Part shown: positions 1 to 10,867 of the stretch, one piece after another
Numbering within the stretch: the first letter of the stretch is position 1
Layout: the number at the start of each line of letters is the position of its first letter
Source: a virus
Lineage: Duplodnaviria > Caudoviricetes
DNA: 64,000 bases
Direction: 5' to 3' (one strand)
Virus record (IMG/VR): IMGVR_UViG_3300021399_000105
Coordinates: 1-64,000 of that record
Program-made: the position numbers and the translations under genes
Notes under the pieces: model-generated
What the model saw: only the letters and a program-made list of their open reading frames with translations
What the model was told of the DNA's origin: nothing
Database searches by the model: none

Positions 1-1272
1 ACTAAGATATTTACTGATGGTATAGGTAATATAGCAGGTATGATTGGAGGTTCCGGCGGTAAGGGATTAGCAGCTAGTGGCGGATTGATAAAAACTATAG
101 GTTCTGGTTTAGCAGCTACAGGACCAATAGGTTTAGCTGTAGCAGGTGTAGGTGTAGGTGTTGCAGCTTTAGCAGCTGTTGCATCTGGAATTGCAGCAGA
201 AAGTCGTAAAAAAGATGAAGATTCTAAGGATAAAGATGCAAAACAAAAAGCTATAAATTATGCTGTAGCGTCTGGCACTATTTCTAATACTAAAGGAGCA
301 AAGGAGGCATATGGTGCAAGAGAACGTCAAGAAGCTGGGGCTCACAATAATAATATGTTATCTTTTAATGCTGTTGGCGTTTCAGACGTAGGGGCGGAAA
401 TAGGAGGAATGTTCCACAGCATTGGAAATAATGGGGATTATGGTACAGAATACTATAAAAATCAATTACTTAGAATGTTTAACTGGTCAGATGATAATAC
501 AGCTAAAAAATATGGTATAACTAAACATTGGTATTTATCAGGTTCTAAGGAAGCTGGTAATGCCTTAGAGGATTTTAAAAGAAATCATAAAGACCGAGAA
601 TACAATAAATTACTATTGGCAATGTTAGCCTCTTTATTACATGAGAAATCTTATAGTGGTATAAATGTAGCGAGTGTAGCTGCGGCTTTACAAATTGCGG
701 CAATGTATCAAGGTTTAGCTGGGGAATCAGATATTATGGGTCCTATCAGTGAGGAATTAAATTTTGAAGATTTAAGTAACAATAAATCAGCATTAGGTGA
801 TGCTCTACATACAGCTGGTATAACTCGTGCAGAGCAATTACGTGATATATTTAAATTTTTACATAAGTATGATGTACATTTAATGACGGGAGATGGTTAC
901 AATTATTTAGGTTTTCCAGATAGAGATGACCAGCAAGAAGCACTTAAGAAAGACTTTAACTTATTAAGAAGAGGTTTAAATCGTGTACCTTATGATAATT
1001 ACCCAGCATTATTACATGAGGATGAAGCAGTATTAACAGCAAGTACGGCAAACGAGTTAAGAACTTTAGTATCGGAATACAGAGATACTAAACATCAATC
1101 TTACAACTTTGAAACTATTATACAAGACCAAACTACAACATTGTGTAATAAAATAGATGAGTTAATTAGAGTTGTACAAGGAGATAGTTATCCTAGTTTA
1201 ACAGATACCGATATAAATACACGTAATAGTATGAAAAAAATGAAATCCATATTCTCTTTAATAAAAGATTAA
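1..1272 (+). CDS. Tail tape measure protein, C-terminal part (starts before the window)
   Basis: Frame is open from base 1. Gly/Ala-rich hydrophobic stretch and a C-terminal GLNRVPYDNYPALLHEDEAVLTA motif typical of tape measure C-termini; lies upstream of baseplate genes. Confidence 0.75.
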   Translation, partial: TKIFTDGIGNIAGMIGGSGGKGLAASGGLIKTIGSGLAATGPIGLAVAGVGVGVAALAAVASGIAAESRKKDEDSKDKDAKQKAINYAVASGTISNTKGAKEAYGARERQEAGAHNNNMLSFNAVGVSDVGAEIGGMFHSIGNNGDYGTEYYKNQLLRMFNWSDDNTAKKYGITKHWYLSGSKEAGNALEDFKRNHKDREYNKLLLAMLASLLHEKSYSGINVASVAAALQIAAMYQGLAGESDIMGPISEELNFEDLSNNKSALGDALHTAGITRAEQLRDIFKFLHKYDVHLMTGDGYNYLGFPDRDDQQEALKKDFNLLRRGLNRVPYDNYPALLHEDEAVLTASTANELRTLVSEYRDTKHQSYNFETIIQDQTTTLCNKIDELIRVVQGDSYPSLTDTDINTRNSMKKMKSIFSLIKD

Positions 1273-1291
1273 AACATACATTTATTAAGTT

Positions 1292-1338
1292 AATAAAATC
1301 TAATGTATTAAAAAAAATACGTTAGATTTTTATTATTT
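1292..1338 (+). terminator. Probable intrinsic terminator
   Basis: AAAATCTAATGTATT...AATACGTTAGATTTT inverted repeat followed by a T-rich tail, just after the tape measure stop. Confidence 0.55.
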
Positions 1339-1366
1339 CCTATAAATACGGATATGTTAAAAGTAT

Positions 1367-1380
1367 GTAAAATATTAGTG
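1367..1380 (+). promoter_or_regulatory. Putative late promoter motif GTAAAATATTA(G/T)TG
   Basis: The same 14-mer occurs at 1367, 8645, 12422, 18861, 20390 and 21446, always intergenic and upstream of structural-region genes. Confidence 0.65.
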
Positions 1381-1425
1381 ATTACAGAATTAAAAATGTT
1401 TATAATATAAGGAGCACTATTTTAA

Positions 1426-3489
1426 ATGAATATAAAATTTGGTATGGATAACTACTTAGTTAGATATCTTAAAAGATTTTTAAATAACGAATACGGAAGG
1501 TCTAATAAAATATTGGGTAAATTTCAAAAAGAAGATTTATATACTTTGATTAATTATTTAAATTTACCTAATGTTAAGTTAATGACAGAAGTACAACGTG
1601 AAATAGTACAATTATTTCCGGAACTACACTCTTTATTTAGTATACAACTTAAAGATGATGAGATTGTGTACGCATCTAAACAATTATCCATGGAATGCTC
1701 TGAATACATTCATAGAAAATTAAATGATATTAGAAATTACTGTCTTAGTGTTGGATGGGAATTAGGAGATACATTTGATTGGTTTGATACTAACATGGAT
1801 ATAAATTTAGATGGTGTTGTTGATGCTCAAGATAGAGAAATTATATATAATATAGCTAATGGTATACAGCAATATGATTCAGAAATAACTAAAAGAGCTG
1901 ATATAAATTTAGATGGCTTAGTAAATGATGAAGATTTGGAAGTATTTGATAATTATATACTTAATACACGATTATATATAACAATTAAAAAGTCATCTCG
2001 TAAAAATTACTTCCCTAACAAAGATATGTTAGTTTTTGTAAATCAATTCGATGGTTCATTTATGTATAATTATGCTATAAGAAATGGAGAGGGGTATGAT
2101 AATTTACCTCATCCAGATACATCTAAAACACATAAAATAGCTTTATATAAATGTAAACCCGGACAGAAAATAACAATAGCACACAATAGTAATAAAACAG
2201 AACATTTAGTTATTGGATGTAGTAGTGCTACATTAAGAGATAATATACCTAGTTTTATATTACAAAACGTACAAGAATTAGATTTAAAGCCTGGAGAAGG
2301 CTATCAATATACAACTACTAGTAAAGCTGAAGGAACTGGATATAACGCCAATTATGTGTGTATACAATGCCCTTCAGATTATAACTCGTTAAGTGGATAT
2401 GAACAAGGAGAAATGCTATTACGTGTTGGAGATATTAACTTTGATGGTAAAATAGATATGATAGATTATCACTTACTTGCTAGATATACAGCTGAAGGAC
2501 CTGGTTCTGAAGAACTACATTGGAATCCAACACCTAAACAATTAGCTGTTATGGATATACCTATTCCCGGTGTAGATGGTAAAGCTAGTAAGGATGGTAT
2601 AATAGATGTAAATGATGCTAAAGAATTATATAAATTTATTACAGGTCAATCTTCACAACCATCTTTAGGGTATGTTACATATAAATATGATACAACAGAT
2701 TCTATACAAGGTACTGGAGATAATGTTGAAAATTTATTGATAATAGATGGACACTATAGTAGAGATGTTAATATACCATTTAGTGAATTTACAGAAAATG
2801 ATTGGGTTATACACGATAAATTTTTTAACTATTTATTAGGTATTGCAATTCATAAATACAGTGATTCAGAAGATATAACTTATCTACAAAAATTATTAAA
2901 AGATAAATATCCAGAACATTCTTATGATAAAAGTTATTTTTATCCAGGTAAGTATAGTGATAATATGCGAAATTTAGTTACACAATTTCAAGAATCTGTT
3001 GTTTATTATGATATAGGTGATTTAAATAGAGACGGTAAAATAAACAGAGATGATTTAATTTTAGAGCGTAGTGTAATTGAGTATTTAAATTCAGATATAA
3101 ATGGAGATGGCTATATAACACAAGAAGATTTTACACTACTAAGTAACTATCTAAATGGTACAGGAAGCTTAACAGAAAAACAATTACAGAAGGCAGATGT
3201 TAATTTCGATGGTGTAATTGATAGTAAAGATTTGGCTATTATACAAGAGTATTTAAATAATGAACGCAACCCTGTTAGTAAAACACAAATTAACAGAGCA
3301 GATATAAATAAAGACGGTACAGTAAACAAATTGGATTATCAATTATTAGAATCTGAAGTAGATGGTACAACTAAAAACTTACGTAATTATAATATATCTT
3401 TTATGTTGGGCTGGTTAGATGTACAGTCTGAAGCTATACTAGAACAAGATGTAAACATGAGTGAAAATATTTCGGAGGTGAGCAAATAA
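1426..3489 (+). CDS. Virion-associated protein with multiple dockerin type I-like (Ca-binding) repeats
   Basis: Repeated D(I/L/V)NxDGx(V/I)(D/N)xxD loops, e.g. DINLDGVVDAQD, ADINLDGLVNDED, GDINFDGKIDMID, GDLNRDGKINRDD, ADVNFDGVIDSKD. Located in the tail module. Confidence 0.7.
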   Translation: MNIKFGMDNYLVRYLKRFLNNEYGRSNKILGKFQKEDLYTLINYLNLPNVKLMTEVQREIVQLFPELHSLFSIQLKDDEIVYASKQLSMECSEYIHRKLNDIRNYCLSVGWELGDTFDWFDTNMDINLDGVVDAQDREIIYNIANGIQQYDSEITKRADINLDGLVNDEDLEVFDNYILNTRLYITIKKSSRKNYFPNKDMLVFVNQFDGSFMYNYAIRNGEGYDNLPHPDTSKTHKIALYKCKPGQKITIAHNSNKTEHLVIGCSSATLRDNIPSFILQNVQELDLKPGEGYQYTTTSKAEGTGYNANYVCIQCPSDYNSLSGYEQGEMLLRVGDINFDGKIDMIDYHLLARYTAEGPGSEELHWNPTPKQLAVMDIPIPGVDGKASKDGIIDVNDAKELYKFITGQSSQPSLGYVTYKYDTTDSIQGTGDNVENLLIIDGHYSRDVNIPFSEFTENDWVIHDKFFNYLLGIAIHKYSDSEDITYLQKLLKDKYPEHSYDKSYFYPGKYSDNMRNLVTQFQESVVYYDIGDLNRDGKINRDDLILERSVIEYLNSDINGDGYITQEDFTLLSNYLNGTGSLTEKQLQKADVNFDGVIDSKDLAIIQEYLNNERNPVSKTQINRADINKDGTVNKLDYQLLESEVDGTTKNLRNYNISFMLGWLDVQSEAILEQDVNMSENISEVSK

Positions 3490-4334
3490 TGCCAGAATAC
3501 GATGATTTTATAGAGCAATCACCCCAAACTAGATATGAATATTATGAAGCTTGGGGACCTGCTTGGGGAACAAATGGTATACCTGGATTTAAACAATTTG
3601 AGTGTTATATGTTACTAAAGTATGGTAAACCTAATAGATTTGGTGTTGGAGGAGATTATGAGTATTTAATAGAGATACCTGCATATCCAGACCAAGTAAC
3701 AGAATCTATATCACCATCTTGGGAAAAACAAGACCCATTAGGTAGGTCATCAAGTATTGCAGCTTACGCACATACTAGTTTAAAATCTGTAAACTTTTCT
3801 TTAGACCTTCATAGGGACTTTTTAACAGGTAGTTATTCGTTAACTAATAATGTAATGCTAAGTGTTGGAGGACATCCAGCATATCAAAGTGCGGGTAAAC
3901 AAAAGCAATCTCCAGATGGTCCATTCGATACTAGAACTTGGTATGTTAGTATGAATAAAATGTTACAAATGGCATGTTATCCTCAATATACAAGTAGTGG
4001 ACTTATACCACCTACTACATATTTTATATTTGGACAAATGATATTAAAGGGTTATGTAACAAGCTACTCTACTACATGGAAAAAACCAATCATAAATACA
4101 TTTTATGGTTGGAATAGTGTAGATATTAGTATGGATTGTTACCCAGATTTCATTGTATCAGCTAGAGATTTAATAGAGAACTATAGTTCATCTAGCACAC
4201 AAAATACATATAATACTAATTTTCCTAGTATTGCTACTGCTGGAGCAGATGTATTACAAAGAGATAATATGCGTTCAAGAACTAATTATAGAACAGACAA
4301 TGCTATGGGTGGTCAAGTAATGGATGTAAGGTAG
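3489..4334 (+). CDS. Putative tail tube initiator / baseplate-tube junction protein
   Basis: Position after the tape measure; W...D.LGRS...Y...S.K.V.FSL and PP..YF.FG..I..GYVTS.S..W patterns as in contractile-tail tube-initiator proteins. Confidence 0.5.
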   Translation: MPEYDDFIEQSPQTRYEYYEAWGPAWGTNGIPGFKQFECYMLLKYGKPNRFGVGGDYEYLIEIPAYPDQVTESISPSWEKQDPLGRSSSIAAYAHTSLKSVNFSLDLHRDFLTGSYSLTNNVMLSVGGHPAYQSAGKQKQSPDGPFDTRTWYVSMNKMLQMACYPQYTSSGLIPPTTYFIFGQMILKGYVTSYSTTWKKPIINTFYGWNSVDISMDCYPDFIVSARDLIENYSSSSTQNTYNTNFPSIATAGADVLQRDNMRSRTNYRTDNAMGGQVMDVR

Positions 4335-4343
4335 GTGTAAAGT

Positions 4344-4769
4344 ATGTCAACAAGTAATAGAAAAAAGTATACAATAAGATATAAAAATGTTTCGCCAGCA
4401 TATCTACAAGATATAAGAGAGATATTTACTCAAAGGCCTTATTTAAGTCCTAGGTTATATCCAAATGAAAGTAGATATACTAATATAAGACGTTTAAGAG
4501 ATGAAAAAACTAAATATGTATATGACGAAAATTGGATTCAAAAGTTCATAGATGAATCCAATGAGGATACTTATTTTGTTGTAACACAACGTGAAGAAAA
4601 TAGATTGGATATTATAGCTAATGATTATTACGGTACGGCTAGATATTGGTGGGTTATAGCATTAGCAAATTATATTATAGACCCATTTACACTTAGTATA
4701 GGCACTAAGCTTCGTATACCACCACTGCTTTCTTTATACAATAGAGGAGGTGTGTTAAGTGGTAACTAG
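4344..4769 (+). CDS. LysM-like baseplate wedge protein (tail X / T4 gp53-like)
   Basis: RLDIIANDYYGTARYWWVIALANYIIDPFTLSIGTKLRIP LysM-type motif. Confidence 0.8.
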   Translation: MSTSNRKKYTIRYKNVSPAYLQDIREIFTQRPYLSPRLYPNESRYTNIRRLRDEKTKYVYDENWIQKFIDESNEDTYFVVTQREENRLDIIANDYYGTARYWWVIALANYIIDPFTLSIGTKLRIPPLLSLYNRGGVLSGN

Positions 4770-6418
4770 ACGTACGTATAGTAAAAATTTTTCTAACGTT
4801 GTAGCTACAATGGATAGAGAGAAATTAAATACTCGTTTTAATACTGTTTTAAATAGTGTTAGTAATATGGTTGCTAATACGTCTGTATATACTACATGGA
4901 TTAAAGTTCAAATAGGTGGAGATAGTGAGCCCTTAATTTTTAACACTAGTTCACAAAGTGAAGAACAGAACTTGTTAGTTAGTTTGCAAGTTGAGAAAGT
5001 AGGTGCTCGGTACAACAAATACTTTTACTTTACAATTCACCTATGACCCATTTAAATTTGGTCAACAATCTTCCGATGAAATAGAGGCTTTAGATGAGTT
5101 AATTGTAAAAGCCATGTCACATACAATAGAAGACGACCACAATGGTTTAAAGTGTTATATACAATATGGATATAGTGGATATGATGGTAATGATAATTCA
5201 TTGGTTTCACCAAAATATGAATTATATATGACGGATATTAGGTCACAAGTACAAACAACTACAGGTTTAATAAGTTATACTATTGAAGGTGTATCTATCC
5301 TAAGTGAAGATTGTTCTTATGTAACAACGTTTGAACAAATAACAACAGAAGATAATATATCTCCATTAACTGTTGTAGTAGATACTTTGTATAAGTATTA
5401 TGGGGATAAAAATAATCCTCCTAACCATTTATCTGATACTAATGATTATATAGATAACATATATAATTACCGTATAGATATACCTGATGAGTATTTTTCC
5501 GAAATGGAAGACCAACAGGTAGCTTGTAATACTAAAGAAGATATATCACCTTGGAAGTATTGTCAAGATATCTTAGATACTTATAACATGACTAAATCAG
5601 ATATAGAGAGTGGTCAATATAATGATATGAGTAAAATACCTGTAAATAAACAACCTCGTTGGTACTTATTTTTAACAGATACAGCCGATGGAAAAACTAT
5701 TAGACTAACACATGTATCTCCATTACTTACTAAAGAGAACGATGTTGAAAATACAGTTTACAGATTAAATAAAGGATTTACGTGGGGTATACAAGAAGAA
5801 AGTACTGGTTCGTTTTGGTCTAATTTAGCCTTACAGTGGAATCCTAAGGTAGATTTACGACAATATGTTATACAAAAAGCATTGTGGTTGAGACATAGAA
5901 AAGAATTAGAGGATGCTCTAACAGATGTGGAGAAAGAGTTGGATAACGAAAGAGCAATAGATTTATCTGTTAAAACTGTTGACCAGTATGTAGAAAAACA
6001 GTCCACAATGATTAAAATATCCAAAGGAGAACATGGAAGTTCAACTGTTAAAAAATACTTAGAAATTAAAGAAGCATTAAGTCAAAAGCAAGAAGAAAAT
6101 TGGGAATACTACGAGTCTACACTTACATTACTAGGTATACCTGCAGACCCAGTAATTAACACAGAAGTTAAAATTGTTCCTAGAATCTTAGAAAAAACTA
6201 GTAGACAATCTGGTATTTATATAATTTTAGGTATGACTGATAAAATTTCAAATAATGGTACTTATATTTCTGAACTTAATTTATTTAGAGTAGATAATTT
6301 AAACAATACAGACAGACAACTAAATAATAAAACAACTAGTGATGACAACGAGAGTTTTAGTTTATTAACTGGTGGTGGAGGTTCTAGCGGAGGTAGTGGA
6401 GCATCCGGCTCATTTTAA
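4759..6418 (+). CDS. Putative baseplate hub protein; one gene with a +1 shift at CGG 5008-5010
   Basis: ORFs 4759-5046 and 5003-6418 join as ...VEKVGA-(C)G-TTNTFTLQF. GGAGG precedes 4759. The C-terminal LTLLGIP...GIYIILGMTDKISNNGTYISELNLFR is hub-like, and the gene sits between the LysM and spike genes. Confidence 0.6.
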
Positions 6419-6452
6419 ATCATTATAATTTTATGGAGGTATATAAAAAATT

Positions 6453-8141
6453 ATGCAAGTCTATAATGATAATACATATTTAAATTCTATATACGCTGCT
6501 ATAGTAGTAAATGCTGATACAACACAAGACCCCGAAGGCAAAAATAGGGTACAAGTATATATTCCATCAATACAATCAGATATAGAATCTCAATTTAATA
6601 CTTATTTTGAAGACCCAAATAAAACGGAAAGTGAATATAAAGATTTATTTCCATGGGCAGTATCTTTAGTAGGTAATTTAGCTATAGGTTGTATAGTATA
6701 TGTTAATACTGTGGAGAATGTTAGTGGTAGTTATGTTATATTAGGTGCAGATATGTATGACCCTAATAATATAGCTTTAATGGGCGTTGGAACTTCAGGT
6801 GCTATGGGTTCATATAGTTCTATTGGTGCTAGTGGTATGGTAGAACTTATTATGCCTATTATGTTAGAAAATGAGGTAGGTATACCTCATAATAGTTATC
6901 CAGATAACATTCCAGAAAGCGCTGGTGGCCATGATACATTTGGTTTTGTTGACCCGGACGATAACGGTGGATGGAGTATTGGTATTATACAGTGGCACAA
7001 TTGTTTAGCATATGATTTAATGTATGAAATAGCTAAGGCAGATACTTCTTGGAAAAATAAGTTTTTATTTGCAGGTGCTGCTGGATGTGATTTGTATAGA
7101 TGTTTAGAGGAAGATGTTACAACTAATGGACGTAATACTCATAGAAATAATTTTGAAGGTTATAAACCTTGGCAAAGTAATCCAGCTTATAGAGCTATAA
7201 AAGAGTGTATAAACTCTGATTTAGGTAGACAAACACAATTAACTTATGCTCGTAGTAATATACAAACAGACTATGTAGATAAGTTAGTAAATGATTTTAA
7301 GGTAACTAGTCCTTCCTTACTAATTATGTGTTCAGATATAATGAATCAGTATGGTACTGGTATAAATAATAGTTCACGTTCACCTAATTTAAGAGGATGT
7401 ATGAATAAAGCTTATTCAATACAAAATAGTACAGGAGATTTATACCAACAAGCCGAACAGTATTATAATTATTGGTCGGGTTGTACAGGTAATTACTTGT
7501 CTAGAAGAAGACGTACTTTGGAGTATATAAAAGAATTATATACAGCTGGAAAATTAACAGATAATTCTTTAACTAGTGTTACTCCAACAGGAGGTAATGG
7601 TATTATTGGATTTATAGGTAATGCCTTATCAAATCTAGTTAATGGAAATAAATTCTTTTGGCCCGTAACAGAATTAACTACAATTACATCAAAGTTTGGA
7701 CCTAGGTCAGCACCAACAGCTGGAGCTAGTACGTATCATAAAGGTATTGATATCTCAGGCGGTAATGCTATGGGAAAAGAAATAATTGCATCTAGTTCAG
7801 GTAAAATAGCTTATGCAGGTTGGGCATCGGGTTACGGTAATGTTATTTATTTAGACCACCCAAATAACTATCAAACAAGATATGCTCATCAGTGTAGATT
7901 TGCTCCAGGTATATCGGTTGGAGTTGAAGTTAAAGCAGGACAAGTAATAGGATATGTAGGTAATACAGGTATTGGTACTGGACCACATTTACATTTTGAA
8001 ATTCGTAAAGATGGCGAAGCTATAGACCCACAACCTATAGTAGAAGGTCAAATATATAATGGAACAAACATATTCACACAAACAGTAAATACTATTAAGA
8101 ATACGGGTATTGAGTTAGTTAGAAAGATTATAGGAGGATAA
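6453..8141 (+). CDS. Baseplate spike-like protein (gp5-type N-terminal OB fold) fused to a putative glycosidase domain and a C-terminal M23 peptidase
   Basis: N-terminal DPEGKNRVQVYIP...PWA; central WSIGIIQW; C-terminal ITSKFGPR..HKGIDI..GYGN..YAH..GNTG..TGPHLHFEIR (M23 HxxxD/HxH). Confidence 0.8.
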   Translation: MQVYNDNTYLNSIYAAIVVNADTTQDPEGKNRVQVYIPSIQSDIESQFNTYFEDPNKTESEYKDLFPWAVSLVGNLAIGCIVYVNTVENVSGSYVILGADMYDPNNIALMGVGTSGAMGSYSSIGASGMVELIMPIMLENEVGIPHNSYPDNIPESAGGHDTFGFVDPDDNGGWSIGIIQWHNCLAYDLMYEIAKADTSWKNKFLFAGAAGCDLYRCLEEDVTTNGRNTHRNNFEGYKPWQSNPAYRAIKECINSDLGRQTQLTYARSNIQTDYVDKLVNDFKVTSPSLLIMCSDIMNQYGTGINNSSRSPNLRGCMNKAYSIQNSTGDLYQQAEQYYNYWSGCTGNYLSRRRRTLEYIKELYTAGKLTDNSLTSVTPTGGNGIIGFIGNALSNLVNGNKFFWPVTELTTITSKFGPRSAPTAGASTYHKGIDISGGNAMGKEIIASSSGKIAYAGWASGYGNVIYLDHPNNYQTRYAHQCRFAPGISVGVEVKAGQVIGYVGNTGIGTGPHLHFEIRKDGEAIDPQPIVEGQIYNGTNIFTQTVNTIKNTGIELVRKIIGG

Positions 8142-8145
8142 GTAT

Positions 8146-8536
8146 ATGAATCAAACAACATTTAGTTTTCCACAGATGATAAGTAGGTCATCTAAAAAGA
8201 CTATGTTATCATCAGGTAATAAATCAATAAATGAATGTTTAGGTATATTATTGAGAACAAGACCTCGGGGAAATGTTAGGTGACCCAGATTGGGGTTGTT
8301 TACTAATTGAAAGAGTTTTTAGATATAACGGTATAATTATTCAGCAATTAGTAAAAGAGGACATACTTAATGCTGTATCTAAATATGAGCCTAGAATAAC
8401 AATGACATCTGATGATATTACAATATTTCAAGATGTAGATAGACTAAATATATATTTAACATATACTATAAAAGATACCAATCAAATAAATACATACAAT
8501 ATGGATATAACTCCTATGGATAATCCATATAGATAA
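8146..8536 (+). CDS. Baseplate wedge protein, gp25/GpW-like; +1 shift at CGG 8266-8268
   Basis: ATG 8146 with AGGAGG. Joined reading LLRTRP-G-EMLGDPDWGC...AVSKYEPRI matches the gp25 pattern T.PGE....P.FG...EPR. The ORF track shows only the 3' part (8273-8536). Confidence 0.8.
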
Positions 8537-8644
8537 ACTATGCTTTATCTCTATAACGTTCAAATTTAAAGGATTTTTATTACTAAGTAATATAAAGTTA
8601 TTATTTAGATATAAAAATCCTTTATTACGTTTAACAAAAAGTAA

Positions 8645-8658
8645 GTAAAATATTAGTG
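8645..8658 (+). promoter_or_regulatory. Putative late promoter motif
   Basis: GTAAAATATTAGTG upstream of the baseplate wedge gene, directly after a long hairpin (about 8567-8624). Confidence 0.65.
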
Positions 8659-8688
8659 ATTAAACACGAAAGGATGATAGTATTACAA

Positions 8689-10851
8689 ATGGCGCAATTA
8701 AATCAAGTTTTAAAAGAAGATTACAGTGCTAAACGTATAGATTACACTAGTAGAGACTACACTACAATATTGGATGATTTAATATCTAGTATTCCTACTA
8801 TTACTCAAAAATGGAATAGTACGGATACTAATGACCCAGGATTGGTTCTAGTAAGACTAATAGCAATATTGGGTGATATGTTAAACTATCAACAAGATAT
8901 GGAATCTTTAGAGATTTACCCTAGTACTGTAACTCTACGAAAAAATGCTGCAAGTATATATAAGTTAATTGGTTATAAAATGAAATGGTTTAGGTCAGCT
9001 GAACTTTATTGTAATGTTATAAATACATATTCTAACATGGCAACTATTCCTAGATTTTGTACCTTTACTACAAGCAATGGTCAAATAACATATACAACAT
9101 TTGACTATTACGATTTACCTTCTAATATGACTAATAATGGTGAAGAGACAAAAATCAAGTTAATACAAGGTATACCTGTAACTCCCGTTAGAAGTTCTAG
9201 TTCGCCTTATGCTCAAGAAGGTAAAGCTTGGCATACAATTTATGGTTATAATTATACAGTAGATGATATAACAAATAATAGAATATATTTAAAGGATTCA
9301 AATATAGACCAAGACCATATTATAATGATTGATGATACAGGTAACGAGTGGACATTAAAAGAAAATATTTATTTAACTACAGATGTTGGTAGATTTTTCC
9401 AATTTGACGTAGATGTTAATGATAGACCTTATTTAGAGTTAATAGATTATTGGGATAACTACAATGTATCTAGGTTTAAAATTTTCTATATACTTAGTGC
9501 CGGTGAGAATGGTCAAATATTTTCTAACACTCTTACCAAACTAACTGGAAATGTGTGGAGTAAAGTACAGACAAGTTCAAATACTACTATGTATAATGTT
9601 GCTGGATTTATAAATTTTACTAATGATGATAGTTGTTGGGGATATAATCCAGAAACTCCAGATGAAGCAAGAAAAGAATCTGTTAAATACATCAATACGT
9701 TGGATACACTTATTACTTTAGCAGACTTTGAAAGAGCATGTTTACGTGAACCAGGTGTAGCTAATGTTAGAGCTACAGATTTAACAAATGACCCAGGTAC
9801 TGCTATATCTCATTATGTAGGAGATATAAATATGGATGGTGAGATTAATGAGCAGGATTTAGATTTATTACGTAATTATTTACAAGCACCAAATCAATAT
9901 CCACTTACTCCATATCAAAAACAATTAGCAGATTGTAACCAAGACTCTTTTGTATCAAATGAAGATGCAGAAATGTTAGAAGCTTTTATAAATGGTGATG
10001 TAGAAGCAGCAGGTAGATACATAGGACAACAAGTTATAAATAGTGTACAAACATTATCCCCATTTACTGTTAAACTTTATATACTAAGAACACCTGAGTA
10101 TGAAGACATGGACGATGAAGTATATACATCTTTAATATTATCTGAAGTATCAGATATGCAACAATACAAAATATTACCATTAAATTTACAAGTAGATTTA
10201 CATTCAATACAAAAATTCTACTGGACAATTACAGGAACTTTTTATACAAAAGAACCTTTAACACTAGATGAATTACAGACAATGATTGTTAATATAAATA
10301 ATGACTTAAGATTTAACTATTCTGTGGAAAAAGTAAACTTTAATACCGCTATAAATTATAAAGAAATAATAGAAACTATATTAGCTGTTGATAATAGAAT
10401 TTTAATGGTAGATTTAGACCCAATCAAATATACAACAGAAGAGGGAGATGAACTTAATAAAGAGGATTTAATTGGGTACTATACAAAACAAGTACCTAGA
10501 TTAGAAAACCCTGTTCTATCAGAAGACTTAGTGTATAATTTTACTTTAGATAATGCTCCAATATTACCTGGTTCTTTAATGGTAAGAGTTAATGGAGGAC
10601 AATATATATTACGAGATAATAATAATGGAGCTATATATAATACAGAGAACTTACTACAAAGAAACGGTAAAATTGATTATACAACGGGAGAAGTCACACT
10701 AGAATTTAACTCTCCAATAGCTGATGACTTAATTGTTAACTACACAAAAAATAAAGTTACTATAGCTGTATATAAAAATTTGAGTACACAAACATTTAAT
10801 TTTGATGCGTCATCATTAAAGATACAAGATACAAATACAAGTATATTCTAG
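8689..10851 (+). CDS. Baseplate wedge protein (T4 gp6 / baseplate J-like) with an inserted dockerin-like module
   Basis: DYTSRDY..I...L......W...D.NDPG..L; IGYK; G..PET.DEAR...LITLADFE; internal GDINMDGEINEQD...ADCNQDSFVSNEDA. Confidence 0.8.
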   Translation: MAQLNQVLKEDYSAKRIDYTSRDYTTILDDLISSIPTITQKWNSTDTNDPGLVLVRLIAILGDMLNYQQDMESLEIYPSTVTLRKNAASIYKLIGYKMKWFRSAELYCNVINTYSNMATIPRFCTFTTSNGQITYTTFDYYDLPSNMTNNGEETKIKLIQGIPVTPVRSSSSPYAQEGKAWHTIYGYNYTVDDITNNRIYLKDSNIDQDHIIMIDDTGNEWTLKENIYLTTDVGRFFQFDVDVNDRPYLELIDYWDNYNVSRFKIFYILSAGENGQIFSNTLTKLTGNVWSKVQTSSNTTMYNVAGFINFTNDDSCWGYNPETPDEARKESVKYINTLDTLITLADFERACLREPGVANVRATDLTNDPGTAISHYVGDINMDGEINEQDLDLLRNYLQAPNQYPLTPYQKQLADCNQDSFVSNEDAEMLEAFINGDVEAAGRYIGQQVINSVQTLSPFTVKLYILRTPEYEDMDDEVYTSLILSEVSDMQQYKILPLNLQVDLHSIQKFYWTITGTFYTKEPLTLDELQTMIVNINNDLRFNYSVEKVNFNTAINYKEIIETILAVDNRILMVDLDPIKYTTEEGDELNKEDLIGYYTKQVPRLENPVLSEDLVYNFTLDNAPILPGSLMVRVNGGQYILRDNNNGAIYNTENLLQRNGKIDYTTGEVTLEFNSPIADDLIVNYTKNKVTIAVYKNLSTQTFNFDASSLKIQDTNTSIF

Positions 10852-10867
10852 GAGGTAATACAAACTT

